A stretch of 24,000 nt of DNA from Methanosarcina sp. MSH10X1 (GCF_004099695.1 NZ_SCHL01000002.1:184351-208350), one strand, 5' to 3'. Shown: positions 1 to 11,135, numbered from the stretch's first letter. The notes: generated from the sequence alone by a model not told the origin. Numbers and translations: made by a program.

Positions 1-131
1 TCCAGAAGTAGAGTTTTTCCGGCTCCTGTCGGTCCGAGGATTACAAAATATTCCCCTGACTCGATTTTAAGGCTCAGTTTATCCAGAGCAAAGGTTTTCC
101 ACTTTCTGGAGAGGGATTCAATCTCTATCAT
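1..131 (-). CDS. wtpC: ABC transporter ATP-binding protein, tungstate/molybdate type (N-terminal fragment, continues beyond window start)
   Basis: The reverse complement of 131..1 reads MIEIESLSRKWKTFALDKLSLKIESGEYFVILGPTGAGKTLLL, with Walker A GPTGAGKT. The ATG at 129-131 overlaps the last 14 nt of the upstream permease gene (stop at 118-120), a typical coupled ABC operon junction. It is not in the ORF track because it is truncated by the window edge. Confidence 0.8.
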   Translation of the reverse strand, partial: MIEIESLSRKWKTFALDKLSLKIESGEYFVILGPTGAGKTLLL

Positions 132-936
132 ATATACTCCAGCCTGCGGAAAGGACCCTTATTATTATGAATATGGAAAGCGTGACCAGTATAAGCAACA
201 CGGCTATGGGTCTCGATGCAGACAGCCCATAGGAAAGAAAACGGTCATAGATAAGAGTTGGTCCTATCATAGGATAATAAGCAATCAGCACAACAGCTCC
301 GAATTCACTTATTGCCCTTGCCCAGGTCATGACTGACCCTATTAGAATATGCCTTGCCGAAAGAGGTAGGGTTATAAAGAGAAAGGCTTTCCAGAGAGGA
401 GCGCCAAGGGAGCGAGCTGCATTTTCAAGCCTGGGGTCAACGCTTTTGAAGCCTTCCCGGGCTGAATTTGCCAGATACGGGAGAGACACGAAGAGCATTG
501 CAAGCACAATTCCGGGCAGGGCGTCACTGAACCGGATGTAGCCTTCGAGAGGTCCGCCTATAAGCCCTCTGGACCCGAAGACCGTAAGAAGGGCTATTCC
601 TGCAACTGTATGCGGTACTACTACAGGCACGTCAATAATACTCTCGACCAGCCTTTTTCCGGGAAAATCGAATCTTGCAAGAATGTAACCTGCAGGTACT
701 CCTAGGAAAAGGGCAAGAAGGGTCGCCAGGAAGCCTGCATAAAGTGAAAGAAAAATAGAACTGACCACAGCCCGATTTTCCGCAGCTTCGATAAGGCCCT
801 GCAGATCGTCAAAAATCTGCCCGAAGATCATGTTTGAAAGTGTTAAGAAGATGAAAAGAAACAGAACAAGCAGTAAAAAGGAAAAAATGAAAATTAGAGG
901 TTCAAATTTACTGGATTTCGTGATAAAAATTTTCAT
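118..936 (-). CDS. wtpB: ABC transporter permease, tungstate/molybdate (ModB/CysTW-type)
   Basis: 272 aa and multi-pass hydrophobic. It has an EAA-loop-like motif ENAARSLGAPLWKAFLFITLP, characteristic of binding-protein-dependent permeases. It sits between the WtpA-like binding protein and the ATPase on the same strand. Confidence 0.85.
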   Translation of the reverse strand: MKIFITKSSKFEPLIFIFSFLLLVLFLFIFLTLSNMIFGQIFDDLQGLIEAAENRAVVSSIFLSLYAGFLATLLALFLGVPAGYILARFDFPGKRLVESIIDVPVVVPHTVAGIALLTVFGSRGLIGGPLEGYIRFSDALPGIVLAMLFVSLPYLANSAREGFKSVDPRLENAARSLGAPLWKAFLFITLPLSARHILIGSVMTWARAISEFGAVVLIAYYPMIGPTLIYDRFLSYGLSASRPIAVLLILVTLSIFIIIRVLSAGWSIYDRD

Positions 937-1054
937 TTTTATACCTTTTTACATTCGTTTTAGCTTTTAAAGTATTTTCTGATTTTCAGTTCTGGGTTTC
1001 GCTTTACTTTAACTTCTCTTCTTGTTTTTATATTTCCCTTTATCTTACCTATCC

Positions 1055-2155
<1,101 letters not shown>

Positions 2156-2512
2156 TTAGACATAACAAATATAAACCTTTCCTGAACTGTAAAACCTGTG
2201 ATAAGTTTCTTAGGTTCTTATTTTCCAAATTATGGGGTTTGGAGAGCGTTAAATCCAAATATTTACCTTCCAAAAGATGTAAGTTAAAAATAGTTTGAAT
2301 CCAAGTAAACTTGCGTGGAATAAAGGAAAGAAACCCATCCAGCAGCAAAGATATTAATAAATGATCGGATCAAAGTAAAATTTATTTACTCATATATTAA
2401 TACAATGAGAATATATTAAAGGTAATATTTAAGAGAAGTCATAATATTTCAGAAACTTCCGATAAAACAGATATATCCGCGTACATTAGTTAATTGTTTT
2501 GAAGGTATCTTT

Positions 2513-4432
2513 ATGGACGGTTATAGTATTTTCCTGATATTGCTTGCGGTCTATATAGCCGGACTTGTGGCTATTGGCTGGTATTTTAATAAAAAACAGA
2601 AATCTGTTACTGACTTCTGGCTTGCGGGAAGGAGAATAGGACCCTCTGCCCTGGGATTTTCAGCTGCAGCTTCCTGGCTGACCGCAGGTGGGATTCTTGC
2701 AGTCATCGGATATTTTATGCTTCAGGGAATGGGATCTATATGGGCTTTTGTGGCTCCGAATATTATTGCCCTTCTTGCAATCGCAGTACTTGTGAAAAAG
2801 ATTAAAAATCTGCCCGCAATTACACAGCCCGAACTTCTGGAGCAGCGATACGGCAGTATGGTCAGATGGCCGATTGCCCTGATTATCACGGTTGTAATGA
2901 TTCTTTTTGCAGTTGCCGATGTTACGGGACTTTCCCTGGTATTGCAGATATTTTACGGGCTTGATCCGCTCTATGCCGCAGCCATTGTTGCAATCGCAGT
3001 TTCGCTTTATGTGACACTCGGAGGTTTGTCTGCGGTTGTCTGGACGGATGTCATCCAGTTTAGCTTCCTCTCTCTTTTTACGATAGGAATAGCTTTTGCG
3101 GCACTAGGGGCCGTGGCAGACGGAGGACTACAGGCGCCTGCAATAAGCAGTTCCGAACTTTTCGGAAGCGTATCCGAAACCTGGTGGAATCCTTTTTCGA
3201 TAGGTCTTCCAATGGTTCTAATCTTTATCCTGGCTATTATTCCTGGCTGGGTTATTGAGCAGGACCCCTGGCAGAAAGTCTGGGCCGCGCGGGATTCAAA
3301 ATCTGCAAGTCTTGGAATGATTATAGGATCCATTATGATTACTGTAGTTTTCGCGGCATGTGCTGTGATTGCAATAGCTCTCAGTCACTTATTCCCTGAG
3401 ATCGCGGGAATGGGTTTTCCTGCGGGCATGGCCTTTGCTGAACCTGCACTCCTGAGTTTTGTCAATGAGCGTTTCGCTTCTGCTCCACTAATTATAGCCA
3501 TAAGTGCAATCGGGCTTGCAGCAGCTTCAATGTCCTGCGCAGATACCTTTGCCACCTCAGGCGCGTCCTGCATCTCGCGGGATATTTATCAGAGGTATAT
3601 AAAGCCGGAAGCTACTATGCGGGAAATGATGATTGTAAACAGGATCAGTGTGCTAATAATCATACTTGCGGCGACAGCAGGTTCATTTGTGATCCCTAAC
3701 ATTATAGATGCCATTCATATAGCGACTTTCATTGCAAGTGCCTCCTACTTCTTCCCGCTGATGGGAGGTCTTTACTGGAAACGAGCCACTAAAGAAGGAG
3801 CTTTTGCAGGCATGGTAGTGGGATTCACGGTTCAGGTGGCTCTTGTGGCTCTCGACCTTATAAATACCCCGCCTCTTTCGCCCTACTATCTTGAAACTAT
3901 TCACCCTGCGTTCATGAGCCACGGGGTTATTGTGGGAATGACATTAAGCGCGGTTGCTTTCTTTGGAGTATCTTTGATGACGAAACCTTCAAGCAGAGTC
4001 AACCTTGCACCTTTCTTCGAGGAGGAAGCTGAAGAGCTTGCCCGCTACGAAGCAAGGGAAATTAATGAGAAAGATCATGTGTACACCTCTTTCCTGAAAA
4101 ATGTTGATGAAAAAATCACAGGAGAGCGTACTCATCTCCAGCTCAATCTTCGGGCTTCCGGAAACCTTAGCTGGCATGAACTGGTAGAGAAGCTTAAATC
4201 AAGTTCTCCTGCCTGGGTTACGCCTACAGGGCTTGATTCCGTTTACAGGCTGACTCATGGAGATATGCTCGCCTGTGTAGCAGTTTCCAGGGGAAGCGGA
4301 GAAAAGGATATCTGGCTCAAAGCCGAGCCCAGGCTCGAAACCGTCGATAGGCAAAGAAAAGAGCTTTTCACAGCTTACGAGGAGTTGAAAAAGGCACTTG
4401 GTCAGAAAGGCGTGAGCCTGGACTTCTATTAA
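2513..4432 (+). CDS. Sodium:solute symporter family (SSF) transporter with ~130 aa C-terminal cytoplasmic extension
   Basis: 639 aa. About 500 aa form a polytopic membrane protein with an SSF-like N-terminus (FWLAGRRIGP, GGLSAVVWTDVIQ). The last ~130 aa (from EEEAEELARYEAREINEKD) are hydrophilic and non-membrane. Confidence 0.8.
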   Translation: MDGYSIFLILLAVYIAGLVAIGWYFNKKQKSVTDFWLAGRRIGPSALGFSAAASWLTAGGILAVIGYFMLQGMGSIWAFVAPNIIALLAIAVLVKKIKNLPAITQPELLEQRYGSMVRWPIALIITVVMILFAVADVTGLSLVLQIFYGLDPLYAAAIVAIAVSLYVTLGGLSAVVWTDVIQFSFLSLFTIGIAFAALGAVADGGLQAPAISSSELFGSVSETWWNPFSIGLPMVLIFILAIIPGWVIEQDPWQKVWAARDSKSASLGMIIGSIMITVVFAACAVIAIALSHLFPEIAGMGFPAGMAFAEPALLSFVNERFASAPLIIAISAIGLAAASMSCADTFATSGASCISRDIYQRYIKPEATMREMMIVNRISVLIIILAATAGSFVIPNIIDAIHIATFIASASYFFPLMGGLYWKRATKEGAFAGMVVGFTVQVALVALDLINTPPLSPYYLETIHPAFMSHGVIVGMTLSAVAFFGVSLMTKPSSRVNLAPFFEEEAEELARYEAREINEKDHVYTSFLKNVDEKITGERTHLQLNLRASGNLSWHELVEKLKSSSPAWVTPTGLDSVYRLTHGDMLACVAVSRGSGEKDIWLKAEPRLETVDRQRKELFTAYEELKKALGQKGVSLDFY

Positions 4433-4483
4433 AAAACTGGGGTTCAAATCGAACCTTATTTACATTTTTTACATTCTGCTTTT

Positions 4484-5293
4484 TTAAAGTCTAAAAGTGC
4501 TTTCAAGGGTCTTTTTCCCGAAGTGGAGATCCTCCAGTGAGAATACCTCAAAATTATAGACGCCCCTGTATCCTGAGAGCAATTTAAGGACCGAAAAGTC
4601 CGTACAGCCTTTTCCGGGAGCCATATGTTCGTCTCCATCGTAATTTTCGGTCCACCGTCCACTGTTATCGTGCAGGTGTATATGGATAATATGTTCTTTC
4701 AGGGTCCGGACAAATTTCTCTAGTTTTTCAGGATTACCTCCGCAGGTAAGGTTTGCATGCCCTATGTCAAAGGTGGCTTTCAGGTATTCGGAATTCACAG
4801 CTTCTATGGTCCGGGAAAGCTCCTCTGCCTTACAGCAGAAATTCGACGGGTCCGTACCTTCCTTATTCTCAAGGCCCAGGGTAACTCCGTAATCCTTAGC
4901 TATGATAGCAAGCCTGCTCAGATTTCTTACCATAGAGGAAAAAGATTTCTCCCGATTAGCTCCAATCCTGCCCGGGTGCAGTACTACAACACGGGCTCCG
5001 GTCCGGTTTGCAAGTGCAATTGATTCCTCCAGCAGGGTAAAATCCCTTTCGCCCATCCGTGCTGTATCTATCTGGAGTTCTGAAGGGTATTTTGAGTTCC
5101 CTGCAGAGTAAGGAGCATGGACTGTCACTGCAAAATTATAGGCCGAGATCTCATTAAGCACCCGGTCAAGCTTTTCCGTTTCAAGTGTTGAACCTTTGTA
5201 TATCCCGAGCTTGGGAATATACAATTCTATTGACTCAACATATCCCTTTAAGTATTCAGGGGCACCGGCAAAGGATGAAGCTCCTAAAATCAC
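4484..5293 (-). CDS. Sugar phosphate isomerase/epimerase, xylose-isomerase-like TIM barrel (AP endonuclease 2 fold)
   Basis: 269 aa with an apparent GTG start. Metal-binding-style motifs typical of this fold are present: VHAPY, VVVLHPG, GLEN, TFDIGHAN and HIHLHDN. Confidence 0.7.
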   Translation of the reverse strand: MILGASSFAGAPEYLKGYVESIELYIPKLGIYKGSTLETEKLDRVLNEISAYNFAVTVHAPYSAGNSKYPSELQIDTARMGERDFTLLEESIALANRTGARVVVLHPGRIGANREKSFSSMVRNLSRLAIIAKDYGVTLGLENKEGTDPSNFCCKAEELSRTIEAVNSEYLKATFDIGHANLTCGGNPEKLEKFVRTLKEHIIHIHLHDNSGRWTENYDGDEHMAPGKGCTDFSVLKLLSGYRGVYNFEVFSLEDLHFGKKTLESTFRL

Positions 5294-6076
5294 GCATTAA
5301 GCAAGGAAACTAAATATAAAAATCCTTTTCTGTATTCCTATAGGAATTGAATTTACAAAACATAATGAAAAAATTATTGTAATTTAAGTTAAATTAGAGA
5401 ATCTGGAGAATTCCTTCTTTAAAAGTTCTATCCTGATAATTTTCATACCAATAGTAACACAAAAACAGCCAACATATTTATATATAAATATATGTTATCG
5501 GCGTCATAGTGTAAAAATTTTTATAAATAGGTATTAAAAAAGGTATATAGTTTTCTATAATATTTATATTTTTATTTCAACCCTGCACAGTATTAAATAA
5601 ATTACATCCTATCTTACTGAGTACATATCTAATCTATTCCACGAATAAACGAGGAAGTTAATAATAGGTACAATTTATAAAAATTATTTATATAAAAACC
5701 ACATAGGGAGAACTCATTAATATAAAAATCATAAATATTTTTTTAACAATAGCCAAAAAAATTCATTAGTTAGAATCGGAATCTTTATATTATATTGGAA
5801 GAAGTAAAATTTTTTTATTTATATAAATATATACGTTTGTTTATTTTAACCAGGCCAAGCTGTCTTATAAAATTGTTTGTATATTTTATAATCTTATAAT
5901 AATATTTTAAAAGCCTACATATTTCGAAAGGTTTATGAATGATCCTCTCTAATCAAAAATTTAACGCGCGTCATAATCATATTTCTTTATAATGATATGG
6001 CAGACGATTTTAAAAAAATGTACAGCGTTTTTTGAATCCGGCTTATTACATGTAATAACATAAAGGAGGAAAATGA
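5294..6076. promoter_or_regulatory. Divergent AT-rich intergenic region that must contain the mtr operon promoter/5' leader and the promoter of the minus-strand TIM-barrel gene
   Basis: 783 bp lie between divergently oriented genes. The region is visibly very AT-rich and carries many TATA-box-like elements (e.g. ATTTATATATAAATATAT near 5475, ATTTATATAAATATAT near 5818). A TTTTTATATTTA element on the minus strand (5311-5323) sits about 20-27 nt upstream of the GTG at 5293. The SD AAGGAGG at 6063-6069 precedes the mtrE ATG at 6077. No TSS can be assigned from sequence alone. Confidence 0.5.
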
Positions 6077-6991
6077 ATGGAACCACTCATAGGCATGGGA
6101 GTGCTGGCACTTATTGGCGTAGCTGCAACCATTGCAGGTGCCTCAGAAGACCTAGAATCCGATGTCGGATCTCAGAGTAATCCAAACTCACAGGTCCAGT
6201 TAGCTCCCCAAATGATGTTTCCGCACAGAATCTTTAACAAAGCGGTATCAGGAGAACCACCGTCAAACGCATTAATGTGTTCGATCGGTGCAGCCGTTGC
6301 AACAGTATTAATAAGTGAAATGAATTCGTCTCCACTCTTTGCACTGGTACTTGGCTCCCTTATTGCAGCAGCTGTACACGGGACTTTTTCCGTAACTGCT
6401 ACAATGGGCAGATGTGCCAGCCAGAGTCGGTTCAAGCAGCCGATTTATCTGGATATGATAAGGAGTCACGTCCCCGTAATTATGGGATACGCGTTCATAA
6501 CGACCTTCTGTGTTCTCATAGTGTCGTACTTGATGACCGTTGTGCTCGGACACCCCTTCCCGCTAACCATGCTGGCTTTTATCTGGGGTATCACCGTGGG
6601 TGCAATAGGATCGTCCACAGGCGACGTTCACTATGGTGCAGAGCGTGAGTTCCAGCAGTTTGAATTCGGCTCAGGGCTGAACGCTTCAAACTCAGGAAAT
6701 ATTGTAAGGTACGCCGAATCCGGTCTCAGGAACGGGTATGATAACTCCTGGTTCTGTGCCAAGTTTGGAGGTCCTGTCACAGGGCTTGCTTTTGGTATGA
6801 CCGTATTCCTGGGAAGCTGGATAACCACTATTTTTGATCCTGCAAAAGGCCTGACAATGGGATGGCTTTCTGTTGTTGCAGGTGTTGTTATTGTCCTTAT
6901 TTTAATCATCTGGAACTGGAAGATGGAAGTTGCAGCCCGTAAAGCATTTGGTCCTTACAAAGAAGATAAGGCTGAGGAGGCTTCAGCATGA
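6077..6991 (+). CDS. mtrE: Tetrahydromethanopterin S-methyltransferase subunit E
   Basis: 304 aa polytopic membrane protein and first gene of the canonical mtrEDCBAFGH order. It has a strong SD (AAGGAGG) and its stop overlaps the mtrD start (ATGA at 6988-6991). Confidence 0.95.
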   Translation: MEPLIGMGVLALIGVAATIAGASEDLESDVGSQSNPNSQVQLAPQMMFPHRIFNKAVSGEPPSNALMCSIGAAVATVLISEMNSSPLFALVLGSLIAAAVHGTFSVTATMGRCASQSRFKQPIYLDMIRSHVPVIMGYAFITTFCVLIVSYLMTVVLGHPFPLTMLAFIWGITVGAIGSSTGDVHYGAEREFQQFEFGSGLNASNSGNIVRYAESGLRNGYDNSWFCAKFGGPVTGLAFGMTVFLGSWITTIFDPAKGLTMGWLSVVAGVVIVLILIIWNWKMEVAARKAFGPYKEDKAEEASA

Positions 6992-7740
6992 TTGACGCTC
7001 TCTTAGCAAACATCCTATGGATGGCTTTTATCGTAATAGGCGGCGTTCTGATTTCCTGGAGTGTCCACTTTGTGCCTGTAGGCGGTGCACCTGCAGCTAT
7101 GGCTCAGGCAACAGGTATCGGTACCGGTACAGTGCAGCTGGCAGCAGGCGCAGGTCTTACAGGGCTTGTCAGTGCCGGGTTTATGATGAACGTAACAGAT
7201 AACCTTCCACTGATTCTTGCCTCAGGAGCAGTGGGTGCAATGATTATGCTCGCTGTAACCATGATTGTCGGTACCTGGGTCTATGTTTATGGTGTAGGTG
7301 TTGTGCCTTCCTCCGCAAAAGTGAAGGTTGACCCCATAACAAGATACAGGCAGGACCTTTATGTATCCCAGGGTACTGAAGGGCACGGACTTCCGACTGT
7401 CAGTTTCGTGAGTGGAGTTATTGGAGGAGCTCTCGGTGGAATCGGAGGAGCTCTTGTTTATTACTCACTCATTGAAGTAGGTATGAATGCAGGACTGGAA
7501 CGCGTTGGAATTACCAATGCAGTCACAGGAAATCCGCTTGTAGCAGTTGCAGCAATATTTGCAATAGGAATCTTCTTCGTGAACGCCGTAATTCCATCCT
7601 ACAACATAGGAGGTACAATTGAAGGGTTCCATGACCCTAAATTTAAGAAATGGCCAAAAGCGGTAATTTCCTCCTTTGTAGCAACAATACTGTGTGCTAT
7701 CGTGGCAGTTGTTGCGATCGCAGAGCTCGGAGGTATTTAA
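6988..7740 (+). CDS. mtrD: Tetrahydromethanopterin S-methyltransferase subunit D
   Basis: 250 aa Gly/Ala-rich integral membrane protein in the second position of the mtr operon, translationally coupled to mtrE. Confidence 0.95.
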   Translation: MIDALLANILWMAFIVIGGVLISWSVHFVPVGGAPAAMAQATGIGTGTVQLAAGAGLTGLVSAGFMMNVTDNLPLILASGAVGAMIMLAVTMIVGTWVYVYGVGVVPSSAKVKVDPITRYRQDLYVSQGTEGHGLPTVSFVSGVIGGALGGIGGALVYYSLIEVGMNAGLERVGITNAVTGNPLVAVAAIFAIGIFFVNAVIPSYNIGGTIEGFHDPKFKKWPKAVISSFVATILCAIVAVVAIAELGGI

Positions 7741-7741
7741 A

Positions 7742-8542
7742 ATGTCTGTAGGCGGAGCAGGAGAAGCCAAAGGCGGATATCCTGCACAAACAATAATGGC
7801 TTTAGGTATAGTCGGCGGTCTCGTTGGAATTTACCTTGGTCACTTCATGCCTCCAGCATATTCCTTCTTCGGAGGCATCGGAGCAATCTGTGCAACAGTC
7901 TGGGGTGCTGATGCGGTCCGGCGTGTTGCAAGCTATGGACTTGGTACTGGTGTCCCATCAATCGGTATGCTGGCCCTTGGTATGGGTATTTTAGCAGCCC
8001 TCTTCGGACTTTCCGTAGGAGGTATTGCAGGACCCATAGTTGCTTTCGTTGTAGCAGCAATTATAGGTGGCGTTATCGGTGCCCTTGCAAACAGGGTAAT
8101 CGGTATGGGTATCCCTATTATGGAACAGGCAATGGTAGAAATCGCAGGTGCAGGTACGCTTGTAATTCTCGGTCTGAGTGTCGTCATTGCCGGGTCATTC
8201 GATTATGCTGCAGTTATTGAAAATGTGATCGCAAACGGATACATTGCACTGATCTTTATAATAGGCGGTATGGGAATCCTTCACCCCTTTAATGCCAGCC
8301 TGGGCCCTGATGAGAAACAGGACAGAACCCTGACTCTTGCTGTTGAAAAGGCAGCCATTGCATTAATCATTGCAGGTTTTGCATCCTCACTTCATGAAGG
8401 ACTGATGACGGCTGGTATAAATATTCTTGTAGGACTCGTCATCTGGTATCTTGCCTTTGCCAAGCACTATGCGCTGATTAAGAGAGATGCATATGCAGTG
8501 GTTGGAACCGGTATGCTGCCAACTGCGGAGGAATTGCAATGA
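7742..8542 (+). CDS. mtrC: Tetrahydromethanopterin S-methyltransferase subunit C
   Basis: The ORF track opens at 7694, but the ATG at 7742 ([12 protein letters not shown]...) follows the SD GGAGGT and lies 1 nt after the mtrD stop (7738-7740). 266 aa membrane protein in the third operon position. Confidence 0.92.
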   Translation: MSVGGAGEAKGGYPAQTIMALGIVGGLVGIYLGHFMPPAYSFFGGIGAICATVWGADAVRRVASYGLGTGVPSIGMLALGMGILAALFGLSVGGIAGPIVAFVVAAIIGGVIGALANRVIGMGIPIMEQAMVEIAGAGTLVILGLSVVIAGSFDYAAVIENVIANGYIALIFIIGGMGILHPFNASLGPDEKQDRTLTLAVEKAAIALIIAGFASSLHEGLMTAGINILVGLVIWYLAFAKHYALIKRDAYAVVGTGMLPTAEELQ

Positions 8543-8865
8543 GCATGATTCGAATAGCTCCTGAGTTAAACTTAGTCCTGGATCCGGATACGGCGACTGT
8601 GGCTGAAGAGAGGAAGGATTCGATTCAGTATTCCATGGAACCAGTCTTTGAAAGGGTGGACAAACTGGATGAAATTGCAGAAGACCTGTTGAATTCACTC
8701 TCGCCCAGCAAGCCGCTCCTTAATACTTGGCCAGGCCGTGAAAATACGTCCTATCTGGCAGGTATTTACGCAAACTCCTTCTATGGAGTTGTTATAGGTC
8801 TTGCTTTCAGCGGACTGGTAGCCCTCATCGTATACATAACAAGACTGATGGAAGGGGTGGTGTAA
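8539..8865 (+). CDS. mtrB: Tetrahydromethanopterin S-methyltransferase subunit B
   Basis: 108 aa with a single C-terminal TM helix. The start overlaps the mtrC stop (ATGA) and the SD GGAGGA lies upstream. Fourth operon position. Confidence 0.92.
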   Translation: MSMIRIAPELNLVLDPDTATVAEERKDSIQYSMEPVFERVDKLDEIAEDLLNSLSPSKPLLNTWPGRENTSYLAGIYANSFYGVVIGLAFSGLVALIVYITRLMEGVV

Positions 8866-8866
8866 A

Positions 8867-9589
8867 ATGGCAAATAAGAGAGAACCAGCCCCAGGATGGC
8901 CTATCCTGAAAGGAGAATATGAAGTAGGCGACGTCAAGAACTGTGTACTGGTAATTACCTGCGGATCGCACCTTCCTGGAAAGCCTGTTCTCGATGCAGG
9001 CGCAGCCGTCACTGGATCATGCAAAACCGAAAACCTGGGTATTGAGAAGGTTGTTGCCCACATTATCTCAAACCCTAACATCAGATACCTGCTTGTGACA
9101 GGTTCTGAGGTTAAAGGGCACATTACCGGGCAGTCAATGATGAGCCTGCACGCGAACGGCGTAAAAGAGAACAGGATTGCAGGCGCACTTGGCGCAATTC
9201 CTTATGTAGAGAACCTGAATGCAGCCGCAGTTGCCCGTTTCCAGGAACAGGTTCAGGTCGTCAATCTGCTCGATACTGAAGATATGGGTGCAATCACCTC
9301 CAAGGTGAGAGAACTCGCCTCAAAAGACCCGGGTGCGTTTGATGCAGACCCGCTGGTTGTAGAGATCAGCGAAGAAGGCGGAGAAGAAGAGGAAGGTGGC
9401 GTTGTCAGACCAGTCTCCGGAGAAATCGCAGTTCTCCGCAGCAGGTTGAAGGCAATTGAAGCCCGCATGCTTGATATAGGAAACTTGAACAAGTTCCACT
9501 CAGGAGTTCACGCAGGAAAGATTGAAGGCGCCATGATAGGGTTGACAGTGACCATATCCCTGCTTGGATTATTACTGCTAGGGAGGTAA
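8867..9589 (+). CDS. mtrA: Tetrahydromethanopterin S-methyltransferase subunit A (corrinoid-binding)
   Basis: 240 aa with a soluble domain and a C-terminal TM anchor ([20 protein letters not shown]). The conserved [13 protein letters not shown] segment contains the His expected to be the corrinoid lower ligand. An acidic linker [10 protein letters not shown] is present. Confidence 0.96.
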   Translation: MANKREPAPGWPILKGEYEVGDVKNCVLVITCGSHLPGKPVLDAGAAVTGSCKTENLGIEKVVAHIISNPNIRYLLVTGSEVKGHITGQSMMSLHANGVKENRIAGALGAIPYVENLNAAAVARFQEQVQVVNLLDTEDMGAITSKVRELASKDPGAFDADPLVVEISEEGGEEEEGGVVRPVSGEIAVLRSRLKAIEARMLDIGNLNKFHSGVHAGKIEGAMIGLTVTISLLGLLLLGR

Positions 9590-9594
9590 TGAAA

Positions 9595-9813
9595 ATGGCA
9601 GAAGAATATGATAAAGGCGTCCCAATGGTGCTCGCCCCTCAGATGGGTGCAATTGACGCTACTGTTGAGAGCATTCGATATAGAGCACAGTTGATTGCGA
9701 GGAACCAGAAGCTTGATTCCGGGGTAATGTCCACCGGAATAATCGGCTTTGCAGCAGGTTTCCTCTTTTCATTGCTGATGGTCGTCGTACTCCCACTAGC
9801 TGTCGGCCTATAA
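9595..9813 (+). CDS. mtrF: Tetrahydromethanopterin S-methyltransferase subunit F
   Basis: 72 aa with one C-terminal TM helix. The ORF track starts at 9589 (TAATG overlap with the mtrA stop), but the SD GGGAGGT (9581-9587) is spaced 7 nt from the ATG at 9595 and only 1 nt from 9589, so 9595 is favoured. Confidence 0.88.
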   Translation: MAEEYDKGVPMVLAPQMGAIDATVESIRYRAQLIARNQKLDSGVMSTGIIGFAAGFLFSLLMVVVLPLAVGL

Positions 9814-9831
9814 ACTTGAGAGGTGAATAAT

Positions 9832-10050
9832 ATGGACGGAAAAGCACCAGCAGCGTTTGTAGAGTCAGGCGAGTTCAACGAAGTAATGAAAAAGCTCGAT
9901 ACGATCGATGAAAAGATCGAGTTTGTCAACAGTGAAATTGCACAGAGAATCGGAAAGAAGGTAGGAAGAGATATCGGAATTCTGTATGGCGGAGTCATTG
10001 GCCTGTTACTCTTCCTGATCTATGTCTCGGTATCATCAATGTTCATTTAA
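9832..10050 (+). CDS. mtrG: Tetrahydromethanopterin S-methyltransferase subunit G
   Basis: 72 aa with a C-terminal TM helix. The ORF-track start at 9823 is a GTG lying inside the SD GAGAGGTGA. The ATG at 9832 (MDGKAPAAF...) has proper spacing. Confidence 0.88.
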   Translation: MDGKAPAAFVESGEFNEVMKKLDTIDEKIEFVNSEIAQRIGKKVGRDIGILYGGVIGLLLFLIYVSVSSMFI

Positions 10051-10063
10051 ATGAGGGATCAAA

Positions 10064-11014
10064 ATGTTCAAGTTTGACAAGAAACAGGAAGTTTTTGAGA
10101 TCGGCGGAGTTAAGTTCGGCGGACAGCCGGGTGAATACCCAACCGTATTAGTCAGTACCATGTTCTATGCAAGGCACAAGATTGTGACTGATGAAGACAA
10201 AGGTATCTTCGATAAGGCTGCTGCAGAAACTCTCTGGAATACCCAGGTATCAATGAGCGATGCTACAGGAAATCCCTACGTAAACCAGATTGTAGGAGAA
10301 ACCCCCGAATCAATCAAGCGCTACATCGACTGGTTCATTGGAATCGACGACAGGACGCCTTTCCTTATTGACTCCTCAGCAGGAGAAGTGCGTGCAGCCG
10401 CAGCCCAGTACTGTACCGAAATCGGTGTTGCAGACAGGGCAATCCACAACTCAATCAACGCAAGCATTGAGCAGGCAGAAATGGATATCCTCACAGAAAG
10501 TGACGTAACAGCTGCAATCGTTCTTGCATTCAATGCAACTGACCCAACCGTAAAAGGGAAGATGGATATCCTTGAAGTCGGTGGTTCCGGACAGACCAAG
10601 GGTATGCTTCAGGTCGCAAAGGAATGTGGAATAAAGATTCCCCTGATCGACGTTGCAGCTATGCCTCTCGGTGCAGGCGCAGGCGCAACAATCCGCACAG
10701 TTCCGACAATCAAAGGAAAACTCGGCCTGCCTGTCGGCGGTGGATATCACAACATGGCATCTGCCTGGGACTGGCTCCGGAAATTCAAGAAGACCCAGCC
10801 TGACCCGAAGGCAATCTACATGCCTACAGACATTGGTACCAACCTGGTAGCCCAGATCGCAGGTTCTGACTTCCTGCTCTACGGTCCGATCGAGAACGTC
10901 AACCAGATTTTCCCTGCTGTCGCAATGGTCGACATCATGCTCGGAGAAACTGCCAAGGAACTTGGCGTCGAGATTGCAGATCTGGCAAACCACCCTGTAA
11001 CCAAACTGACATAA
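10064..11014 (+). CDS. mtrH: Tetrahydromethanopterin S-methyltransferase subunit H (methyl-H4MPT:corrinoid methyltransferase)
   Basis: 316 aa soluble protein and last gene of the operon. The N-terminus MFKFDKKQEVFEIGGVKFGGQPGEYPTVL is typical of MtrH (pterin-binding TIM-barrel family). Confidence 0.96.
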   Translation: MFKFDKKQEVFEIGGVKFGGQPGEYPTVLVSTMFYARHKIVTDEDKGIFDKAAAETLWNTQVSMSDATGNPYVNQIVGETPESIKRYIDWFIGIDDRTPFLIDSSAGEVRAAAAQYCTEIGVADRAIHNSINASIEQAEMDILTESDVTAAIVLAFNATDPTVKGKMDILEVGGSGQTKGMLQVAKECGIKIPLIDVAAMPLGAGAGATIRTVPTIKGKLGLPVGGGYHNMASAWDWLRKFKKTQPDPKAIYMPTDIGTNLVAQIAGSDFLLYGPIENVNQIFPAVAMVDIMLGETAKELGVEIADLANHPVTKLT

Positions 11015-11035
11015 ACGAATATAAAAAATTAAAAA

Positions 11036-11090
11036 GAGTCGTAAGACTCAAAAGCAGAGGAAATTTTCCTTTGCTTTTTCTTATTTTCTA
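11036..11090 (+). terminator. Putative mtr operon terminator: two hairpins followed by T-rich tract
   Basis: Hairpin 1 is GAGTC-GTAA-GACTC (11036-11049). Hairpin 2 is a 12-bp stem including one G.U pair, AAAGCAGAGGAA / TTCCTTTGCTTT (11051-11077), loop ATT, running straight into TTTTTCTTATTTTCTATTC. Oligo-T is the archaeal termination signal. It lies 22 nt after the mtrH stop. Confidence 0.5.
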
Positions 11091-11135
11091 TTCTATTGTG
11101 GCTTTTTTGCCAGAATAAAACAGCTGCTTTTCTGA

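Noticed and set aside
4456-4662. 68 aa ORF overlapping the 3' end of the TIM-barrel gene in another frame, plus plus-strand ORFs at 4757-5111
   Set aside because: These are shadow ORFs inside a supported coding region.
7694-7741. N-terminal extension of the mtrC ORF ([16 protein letters not shown]) given in the ORF track
   Set aside because: The extension overlaps the end of mtrD. The ATG at 7742 has a proper SD (GGAGGT) and gives the expected MtrC N-terminus and length.
8695-9123. 142 aa ORF antisense to the mtrB/mtrA junction, and other antisense ORFs inside the mtr genes (e.g. 6172-6435, 6631-6909, 7465-7770, 7933-8187, 9639-9998)
   Set aside because: All of them overlap well-supported mtr coding sequence on the opposite strand or in another frame. 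Their low-complexity Pro/Ser/Ala/Ile-rich translations are typical of shadow ORFs.
10451-10993. 180 aa Cys/His-rich ORF antisense to mtrH
   Set aside because: It lies entirely within, and opposite to, a strongly supported and highly conserved gene. It has no SD or promoter context. Long antisense ORFs are common opposite genes with biased codon usage, and the Cys richness reflects reverse-complemented GCA/ACA-type codons.
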